Below are positions 1-9,309 of a stretch of 64,000 nucleotides of DNA, in pieces. The DNA is from Gnetum montanum (Eukaryota; Plantae; Gnetophyta). The translations under genes were made by a program, and so were the position numbers. Under the pieces are notes generated by a model. It saw nothing but the letters and a program-made list of their open reading frames with translations, was not told the origin of the DNA and searched no databases. Positions within the stretch are counted from its first letter, which is position 1; the number at the start of each line of letters is the position of its first letter. The stretch is taken from contig MNCI01002363.1 in assembly GCA_015680685.1 (NCBI GenBank), positions 235,838 to 299,837 on the forward strand. The letters run 5' to 3'.

Positions 1-830
1 TATGGAGTCAAGGTCAATGATCATTGACTCGTTGTTCTAGGCTTCATTCATGATGCTTGAAAGGATCATTTGAAGTGACGGTACCTATAATTCAAGAGGT
101 AACATTGCTTCAGATCTGTAAACAAGGCTATAGGGAGTCTTACCTATGGCTATTCTACACGTTGTATAGTAAGCCCACAACATGTAGAGGATTTGTTCAT
201 GCTATTGCCTCTTGCTACTGCTAAGCATCTTTTTGAGTAAGTTGATGATGGCCTTGTTTGTTGCCTTCACCTGACCTTTTTCCTGTGGGTAGCATGGCGA
301 CGAAAAGGATTGCTTGATGCCAAGGTTGTTGCAAAAGGTTTTGGTTTTCATGCTACTAAACTGTGGCCCGTTGTCTGTCACAATAGTCATGGGAAGACCA
401 AACCTTGTTACTATGTTGTCTAGGATAAAGTGGCAAACCTATTGGGATGTAGTCTTCCTAAGGGAGATGAGCTCTACCCACTTTGTAAAGTACTCAGTGG
501 CAGTGATGATGAAGCTATGTCCTATGAAAGACTTAGGTGTGATGGGTCCTATGATATCTAGTCCCCAACATTGGAATGGCCATGTAATCTTTGTAGGCTG
601 CAACTTAGTAGGTGAGACATGTATAAGATTTGCATGATGTTGGCATGATCACACATCCTAACCTTGGCAAGGCCATCTCGTTCAATGCAAGGTGTGTAGT
701 ACCCTAGGCATCTGATCTTCGCTTCCACAGATCTAGGGGCTATGTGTCCTCCACATAATCCCTCATGGATTTCGTTAATAATTTTTTTCACATCCTCCTC
801 ACTAACACAAGTTAGAAATATCCCATCAAA
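1..830 (-). pseudogene. Integrase (zinc-binding region plus catalytic core), degenerate
   Basis: ORF 558..791 EIHEGLCGGH...GYY..C and ORF 202..390 IVTDNGPQF...SSPCYPQEKGQVKATNK. Downstream minus-strand reading gives WAYYTTCR..TPYSLVY. Stops and frameshifts present. Confidence 0.92.
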
Positions 831-884
831 GGAGCATTTACATAGGTTTTTGTCTCCTATAAAGACATACTGTCAGGTTGGCTT

Positions 885-1450
885 TCAGACTGCATCCTTT
901 TGAGTAGATGTCAAGTCGTGTGGGGGTTCGTCATGTTGAAGATAGGCTTTAATGTTAGCATACCACTTTTGGGTATTGGTGGTGTTGAAAACCACAATGT
1001 ATGCTGCTTGAATGATAGGATTAGTGCATTTTATTATTGAAGTGGGTAACGTGGCTAACGTGGCTAAGGCATATGCTATTGTATTCTCGTTGCAAGGCAT
1101 GTGTTGGATGTCTATCATTGTAAAATGTTTCAGCAAACTGTTGGCCAAGTCATAATATGGCTGTAAGTGTAAAGCTTTATAGGCATAGACATCGGTAATC
1201 TAGTTGACAACGAGTTGGGAATCGCCTTGGACTACCAAATTTTGGATCTCTAGTTCCTAGGCTGCTAAGAGCCCCCTAAGGAGTCCTTCGTACTTAGCTA
1301 CATTATTCGTACAAAGGAATGCAAAATGGTAAGCAAAAGGTTGAATGTCCCTAGAGGGAAATGTAATGATAGCAGTAGCACTACCACCTTGCGTAGTTGA
1401 GGCACTGTCAAAATGCAAAGTGGCTTCGAAGTGTAATGGCACAAGATTGA
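885..1450 (-). pseudogene. Additional archaeal-type RNase H (aRH) domain, degenerate
   Basis: LHFDSAS...CTNNVAKYEGLL (ORF 1257..1442), GDSQLVVN (about 1200-1230), HMPCNENTIAYALA (ORF 885..1148). Confidence 0.85.
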
Positions 1451-1499
1451 TGCTATTTACATGTTCATCGGGGAATTTTGGCTCTATTATTGCCTGATG

Positions 1500-3177
1500 A
1501 TTGATAGGTGCGGTTGTGAGTTGTGTGGCTATTGCTTATCCCTGTGTCGATGATTGGAAAACATAATGCAAATTGAATTCTGCCATTATAGCTTTCCATT
1601 GGGCTATCCTACTACTCTTGTATAAATTGTTTGTGATAGCTTGAAGTATGTTGCTCTTGCATATGATGTTAACCTTGTTGTGGAAGAGGTAGTGTCTCCA
1701 TTTTTTTAGTGAAAACACTAAGGCTAGACAATTTCTTTCTACCTCTTATACTTTTCCTCATAAGCTATTAGTGCATGGCTCATGTAATAAACCGGGATTT
1801 CAGAACCGTCATCTCTCTTTTGACATAACAATGTTGCGATAGATGTGTCCAAGGTGGCAAGGTAAATGTAGAAAGGCTTATCCCTCTGTGGTGGATAAAT
1901 AGTTGGCAGGTGAAAAAGCTCTTTCTTTAAGTCATTGAAGGCTTGTTAACATTGTTCTTTCCACTTGAAGTTGATCCCTTTTTTTAGCAAATGTTGCATG
2001 GGGTGTAACTTGTTGGTCAACCTTGCTATAAACCTTCTGATAAACTGTATTTTGCCTTGTAAGCTACACAATTCTTTAAGGTTGGTAGGGGGTGCTAGGT
2101 TAATGATGGCCTTAACTTTGTCAGGGTCCACTTGTATTCTAGCTTCTGATACTACAAACCCTAGCATGCATCTAGTTTTAACTCTGAAAACACATTTCCT
2201 TGGGTTAAGATGCAAGTCATGCCTGTGACAATGCTTAAGGACTACATCTAGATCATTAGGATGATCAATAGCTCCTTTAGACTTGACGGCTATGTCATCC
2301 ACGTAATCGTTTAGTCTCTCCAAAAGGTAGTTATTAAAAATGTATGTCATGGCTCGTTGATAGGTTGCTCCAGCATTTTTGAGTCCAAAAGGCATCATGG
2401 TGTAACAAAAGGTTCCCTAAGGGGTCATGAAAGTAGTTGTTAATTGATGCTCTGGGTTAATACAAATTTGGTTGTAACCCAAGAACCCATCCATAAAGGA
2501 CAATAAAGCATGACCAACTATAGTGTTAATAAGTTGATCAATACTTGGTAATGGAAAGTTATCTTTAATCGTTGCTTTATTCAGATCTCGAAAGTCTATA
2601 CAAATTCATATACCTCTCATCTTCTTAGAAACTACAACGATGTTTGACACCCACTTTGAGTAATCGACCACATGAATGAAACTAGCTTGATATAGCTTGG
2701 TAATCTCATCACGTACAGCTAGTGTAATTTCTGGTTTGATTTTTCAAGCCTTTTGATTGATTGCTTTGATACACGGGTCTAAGAAAATTTTATGTTGTAT
2801 GAGCCGCGGTTCTAGGCCCGGCATGTCATCATAAGACCATGAAAACACTTTGACAATGTCTTGGAGAACCTTACATATGTCTTTTTGCATTTGTGGATCT
2901 AGGAGGGAGCTAAATTTTAATGTCTTTATTTCTCCCTTGGATGTAGTTACAGGTGTTTCAATGAGAGGGTCCTCAGTCACATCCCTGGCCTCTAAGTCTA
3001 AGGCTTGGACCAGATGTTCAGGCTAATCTAGGGATGTTTCCAGGGATGCTACGGTGTTGTTAGTAGATGATTCCCAGTCTATTGATTCTAAGTTTAGGTG
3101 TCTTGTAAGCCTACCATGAGGACCTATCAAGGTTAAAAGCAAATGTAGATCACTGTGCATGGTCATTTTTGTTAAAC
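1500..3177 (-). pseudogene. Reverse transcriptase plus Ty3 RNase H, degenerate
   Basis: VFSWSYDDMPGL, CIDFRDLNKA, MDGFLGYNQI, MPFGLKNAGATYQRAM, YVDDI and KWRHYL motifs. The reading frame stays essentially open upstream to 3177. Confidence 0.93.
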
Positions 3178-3290
3178 CTGCCACAATAGAAATAAAGACC
3201 AAGTCAAGTGATGCCTACTTGTAACATGTAATGAATGGTTGTAACAATATGAGATAACTGTCAATTACTATCTAAAGTTTGCAAGTTGCC

Positions 3291-3590
3291 ATTTTAAGGT
3301 CTTAGCAGACCGTTAATGGGTTTGAAAATGGAAGAAGCATTATCTTTACCAGTTTAAGGTTGTAGCAGACTGTAATGATGCAAAATTTGGTCTAAAATAT
3401 GAAATGAATGTTAAAATTGCTATTTTAAGGTCATGGCGGATTGTCATTGGGCTACATTGTAAGTTAGCACCCCATGTAAATTAGAATTGCCAATTTAAGG
3501 TCTTAGTAGACCGTAAAAATGCTACACTATGGGTTAAGATCTCACGTAAATTACGATCCTAGTTTAAGGTCTTAGCGGACTGTTAGTGGT
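3291..3590 (+). repeat. Array of 5 degenerate ~22-bp motifs (TTTAAGGTCTTAGCRGACYGT), period 60-71 bp
   Basis: Copies start near 3292, 3352, 3423, 3493 and 3562. Confidence 0.8.
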
Positions 3591-3728
3591 GCAAAATTTG
3601 GTAGGCCCACTTGCTATGTAGTTAACGAGTGTTACGCTGCAATAGGATTTTGCTATAGTAGCGCTACACTATGGGGGCATCCTGCATTACTCGAGATACG
3701 AAAATGGCAGATTTTTCACTGCATTAGC

Positions 3729-3737
3729 TATAAATAG
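3729..3737 (+). promoter_or_regulatory. TATA box of the internal antisense gene (putative)
   Basis: GCTATAAATAGGGG about 130 bp upstream of ATG 3864, which opens a 31-codon frame ending at the donor AAG|GTATGC. Confidence 0.6.
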
Positions 3738-3863
3738 GGGTTTACCCCCTAGTAAACTTGTCATTTTCATTGTTAGAGCCCAAAGTCCATACTCAGAGCA
3801 TAGCGTGGTTGAACATAGAGAGAGAGAAAATAGGTGTAGCATAGCAATTGGTAGAGATAATCT

Positions 3864-6800
3864 ATGAGCAAGAAAATGACACCTAAAGGTGAACACAAGC
3901 ATCAAGGACTTGGCAAGGTAGATGAAGTGAAGGACTCTCTGGGATGCCTATCTAAGGTATGCATTGAGGTGCAATAGGAGACTCTGTCGGCTTGGTATTT
4001 CACTATGCTATCCTCATTGCTATTGCCACTATTGTGATGATGTTCGCGTCTATTGCTACCATTTTAGTCACTGTTTTGGCTAGTATGTCATTGTTGTTGC
4101 TAATTGGCCATAGCAGATGTACAGATGCTACACTATGGCTGCATGCAGTATCGCCTTAACTGCCAATGTTAAAAATGGTGACTACTTTGTTGTGAGGGTT
4201 TGGGCGATTCTAAGTAGCATAGCACATGCTTAGCATAGCATACCACCCTTAGAAGGGTTTAGTTATTCGCGAATTTTTTTATAACAGTGTGATGCATGTT
4301 TAATGTGGTTTAGCGTGAGTTATTTCGTGTGGCAAGATAGGCTTGGGATGGTGGGAGCACTGTGGGTTCTTTCTCATCTGCAGTATTTAAGGCTATAATG
4401 TTTTTGTTACTGTTACACTACGCCATTATGTCATAAGGCCTTTAGGCTATTATATTGGTAGTCTGTTGCATTGCTACACTATTGAACTTGTGACACTACT
4501 ACATTGTAAAAAAAAAATTCTTTTTCAAGTTCATCATGTTGCCATACTTGTTACAATGGTACGTTAATTATATTGTTATACTCTTACGTGTCTACCTGCA
4601 CTTGTTCATTTGCTACGTCACATGTCATGCATTTGTCTTGCTACACTACGCATATCACAGTCGTCATCCTTAAGTGGGAGTGTAACTATTACGCTGTGTG
4701 TCTGTTATGCTATGAATTGTGTAACAATTACCGTAAGGTGCACCCAGTGTTGTTATGCTATGTGAGGCTTGATGACTACACTACGCTACAAGTGACACTT
4801 TGTTACATCGCCTATAATGTTTAACTCTATTTTATGTTAAAGAGAAATTCGCAACTGGAAGATCATGCTATGCTACATGTAAAGATAGGGTCACACTATG
4901 CTACTTGTAAACAGATGGTTACGCTACGCTATGTGCAAACCTCACTTGAACACAATGTTAACGTTTGATGATTTGTGGTGCAAGCTCATGTTGAAGCCCA
5001 TCCTGATTGTCCTTGAGATTGCAGGAGTCCTGTGCTACCTCAGTGAACCAATGGCCAATGTCCCTCCTTCCCATGCACACGTGGGGCAGCAGGGGGTCTG
5101 GTTCTAGGAGGGTGCATAGGACTTCTTACATTTCCTCCTCCACCATCTTAGTGTGATCGTGTGTTAGCTGAGATGGTAGTTGTAATTATAGAAACACTAT
5201 TGCCTAGGGCAAACCGGGGCATTCTGAAGTTCCTGGTTCACGAGGCGATTGGAGCCAAAGGCACAATAGGTTCCAACCAATGCCAAAAAGGCTTGAGGTG
5301 ATTAAGTTGGATCTAAGACATGCCTAAGTACATATGCTATCAGTTATATAACATGTTATATGTTGCCCACCACATGGGCACTTGTTTTTAGAACCCACCT
5401 GGAGCCGTTTACTATGTTGGTGGGTGAGTTCTGTGAAGGTTTCTTAACGTGTTCTATAATCTATGTTACACTAGAAATAGGTTTTAACTATATTTTTTGT
5501 GTATTGTCAGGTTTTATATTGATAGGAATGGTCTTCATGGTGATACAGATGCCTTGGTGTTGGCACAGACAACCTTGCAAGAGTTCTCCTCTACTGGGAA
5601 CATGTGCACCAACGTAATAGGAAAATTTGGGCTTGAGTTTAAAACCTATCAAACCTGGTATTCCCAATTTTATGGGAAGTGTAAGGAAGTTGGTTGGTTG
5701 TATAGGAAGTGGGCATCCCTTAGACTGCTTACCATTGAAGACATACTAGTGGAGCTTCCACCATTTCCTATGCCATTTAAACTTGGTACGCTAAACCGTG
5801 GGTCCATTGTTATCTGTTCAAGTGATGATATGCTTTAATCATGTTTTCCTTTTTATTTTTCTACTAAATTTTTATTTTTTTTATTTTGCAAACTTTTACA
5901 GTGTCAACAAAATCCCAAGAGGTCATTGTGATCACCTCTGGGCATAATGAAACCAACCTCTTTTTTAAGTATGGGGAGGTGGAGGAGACACAATGTTGGC
6001 TCTACAATGGAGCCCCAGCCACCCTTGTCCACAACCTTCAGGAGACTAGGCTTATGAACTTATTCTTGGCTGTAAACCCAAATGTCTCGCCTACTGAAAT
6101 GTTTTCCCTAGTTGATTCCTTCTCCAAGAAGGCTAACCACTTTCATACATGTGTTCACGATGTACGAGTGATGTTTGAAATCAATGACCAACTATTTAAG
6201 GATCTTTTCAATGTCCTTTTTAATGGTCTCCCTGTAGGAGAAAAATCTAAGAAAAATGTAAACCATGAGGGGGAGATTGAGGAGTGGCTAGGGATGGCAA
6301 AGGACTAAAAGGGGATCTACATTGAGAAGGTCAGGCTAAGGGTGGCCAAGACAATTCACCCTATCTTTCGTGCCTATTCCTTCCCCAAGCTACTCTCCCA
6401 AGGAAAAATATTTGGAGTGGAGCAAACTTGGATAATGAGGGATGTTATGGAAGAAGGGACTCACTACAACTGGGTCAAGTACCTTTGTGAAGGCTTGCAG
6501 GCTGAGATGATCAAACTTTGTAGGAAGCTTGAGTCTTGTTTCAACATGCACTAAGCCTTCTTTGTAACCTACTTATGACATTTTGTGGAATTCTTGGTAG
6601 TCTGTGAGAATGGCATCTGGTGCAAAAAGACTGTAGTCAGATTTCCAAACTGTGGATTTGCTAAGTTTTCTGTACCACATGATCCCAAGATCCCCCAGAA
6701 GCTATTGGGGAATCATTTTTGATAATGACAAGGGATTGGGTGACACACCCATTTCATGCCTAGGATAGTGTGGGAGAGGCACCCCCCATTAACACAGGCA

Positions 6801-8771
6801 GCATGACAAGGGGGGAACGTCTCATTATAGAAACAATGACAATAAGGTTTCAACATAAGAAATTTTGTCCTACTGAAGAGCCTCCTTGTACAAATGAAGA
6901 GAGGGGGAAGAAACTACAACTCAAAATTCATAGAGTACAGCCTTACAGCCTCCAATTGGTAAGCATGTTTAACTATTTCATTACCACTTGCTATGTTGTG
7001 CCACACTAGGTAGCGTTCCAAAGCATAGAATCTATTCTAGTTTTGCTATATCTTGCCTACTGTACTTGTGTTTTATTAGCAGAGGAAGGAGAAGAGGAAG
7101 GGGAGGAAGAGGTTCTAGCCCCTGGAATAGGGGCAACCAAAGAAAATGAAGAGGCCTCAACCATAGAGGAAAGGGTCCCAGTTGATGAAGAAGAGGTTCC
7201 TACCATAGAAGAAAGGGCCTCAGACGGTGAGGAAGAGGCCCCTGTTGATGAAGAGGAGGCCCCCGCTAATGAGGAAGAGGCCCTTGCCAATCAAGAAGGG
7301 ACCCTTGTTGATGACCCTTTTGTTGAGTGTGGTTCAGTACCAGAGGGGCATATGAGTGTTGAGGACACTGCTACGCTGTTGGATCATCTAGAAAGAGAGG
7401 GGCTTCACTTTGACACTAGTGATTTTGATCCTTTGTTTGACAATGTGTTGATGGGTGACCCCCTTGCTATCACCTCTGAGGGTTTGCTTGGTAGGAGCTT
7501 TCCACTATCATTTACGTCATTCATCAGCTTTGTTGTAGTCCTCTCCACCATGGCTAACACATTTTACTGTGTAGCAGACACCAATGTTGATACTCCTTGT
7601 CCTTCTTCGATTCATCTCTGATCATGGGTCAAGACCCCTGACAAATTCACCTTTATGGAGGGGTGGTCGATGACATGATCGAACATCTAAGGCAGATCAA
7701 TCTAGAAGTTGGTAAGTTAAAGTTGCTATGCTAGACTTTCTAAATTGCTGCAATTTCACTATGCAACTATGACTAATGCCCTTCCATGTGCGGTTGGTAG
7801 CCTCTCACCTCAAGTGGGATCCCAAACAAGTGGTTGAGGTCGATGTCATACCCAAATTTCCATAAGAGGTGATCGAAGTACCTCATCACATATATGATGA
7901 AGCAAGTAAATGTGCATTGTACTCAGCACGCTCTTTATGGGAATGCAACCATGTGAATGAAGACCTCTGGAAATAGGTGCAAAAACATGAGAGGGAGAAG
8001 GCCAACCTGACCACTGAGGTGGGGGATCTCTAGTCTAGGAATGAATTCCTATTGGACCGGGACACTAATAATGAAATTTGGTGTATAGCCGTCATCGACT
8101 ACGCAAGATATTGGATGGTTGTGCGATGCAACAATGAAGCCACATGTGAAATAATTGAACATCGCATGCAAATGGACCTTCTAACCTAGAAGAACCAAGA
8201 TTGGAAGGATTATAGCGAGAAGGTTTACGAGTGGGGACAGACACAGAAGAATCACAAACACATGTATAAACTAGAATGTGTTGCCTACCATAAATAGTAT
8301 TGGGATGCTTCAATGAAGTTGCATACCTATGAGCTATTCCTTGACATTATTGGTGATTCTAGGGCTTATGACAGGTTCATGCAACAGGTGATAGTTAGTG
8401 AATCTCCTAAAAGGGAGATGACCCTACCTGTAGGTGAGACTACCACTACCACCTTTTCTCTAGGGCCACCTAGATGGACAGCCGTAGAAAAGAAGAAAGT
8501 TGCAACAAGCGCTGATCTAGGGGATAGGAACTGAGCTAACATCATCGAGGAGGAGATCTTGAAATGCCTCACGGCAGGCATGGATCAGATACCCCCCGAA
8601 CAAGATGCATGATCATCTCTAGTTAGTCACCTTTTGTGGTACCATAGTTATTTTATAATAGCCTGTGTTATAGCTTTGACTGATTGTTTTATTTTCTTTG
8701 TTGTGTAGGATCCAAACAAAAATGCAGGACCCACTGAGGTAGGGGATGGTAGTGTGGGAGAAGACTCATAG
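3864..8771 (+). pseudogene. Antisense multi-exon accessory gene in the PR-RT spacer (PMD-like domain, acidic linker, putative coiled coil). Predicted exons ~3864-3956, ~5025-?, 5511-5785, 5902-6958, ~7083-7490, ~7578-7711, 7801-~8621, 8709-8771
   Basis: GT..AG introns with pyrimidine tracts. Exons from 5511 onward align at protein level with the copy at 52438-55653(-). Motifs DSFSKKANHF...GLPVG and FP...YNWVKYL resemble PF10536. AATAAA near 8844. In-frame stops present. The first two exons are unconfirmed. Confidence 0.8.
7147..7315 (+). repeat. Coding 21-bp tandem repeat (EEAPxxE-type, about 8 units)
   Basis: EEASTIE-ERVPVDE-EEVPTIE-ERASDGE-EEAPVDE-EEAPANE-EEALANQ in ORF 7043..7621. Confidence 0.85.
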
Positions 8772-8944
8772 CATAGTAGCGAGGAATTTTATTCTTGTCT
8801 TTGAATTTACAAAAAAATAAATTTGTAAACATTATTGATTGATAATAAATGAAGAATGGAATGTGAGGAAATTTATTTCATTTTGGCTAATGCGTTGCAT
8901 TATTTTTATTTTTTGTCCTTTTAAGCTCCTTGGGAGATTCTTGT

Positions 8945-9140
8945 TTTAGTTTTAGGCCATTTTGGGCCATTGTTTAATGATGATTTTTTTAAAAAAAAAT
9001 TCAATGTCTTGAAGTAATGAAATTGCTAGTTTTAGGCCTTAGTGGGCTGTAGCGGTAGCTTAAGGCCATTCCGAGCCATTGTAGGATGGTAATTAAAAAA
9101 AAATCTTTACCAGATTTAGGGCTTAGCAGGTTGTAGTATT
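8945..9140 (+). repeat. Second array of TTTAGGCC(A/T)T..(G)GGC-type motifs, related to the 3291-3590 array
   Basis: Copies near 8949, 9029, 9059 and 9113, in the same orientation as the first array. Confidence 0.65.
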
Positions 9141-9309
9141 ATGCAAACAATGGATGTAACATGGAGAACGTAAACAATGAGGAAGATGCTAGCATGAATA
9201 ATGAATGCAAAGCAAACAATGCAAACAATGGATGTATCATTGATGCAAGCAGTAATCATGGTGGAAGCAGTGATGTGGTTATGCTAATGCAAGTAACAAT
9301 CATTCTCAT

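Noticed and set aside
314-2228. Plus-strand ORFs 314..637 and 1965..2228
   Set aside because: Antisense shadows of integrase and RT.
3291-3590. CRISPR-like repeat/spacer appearance
   Set aside because: Repeats are degenerate, spacers resemble each other, no cas genes are present, and the context is a plant retrotransposon.
3864-8771. Interpretation as a host gene or an independent nested transposon
   Set aside because: It has no termini or TSD of its own, and a diverged homologue occupies the same position and orientation in a second element copy.
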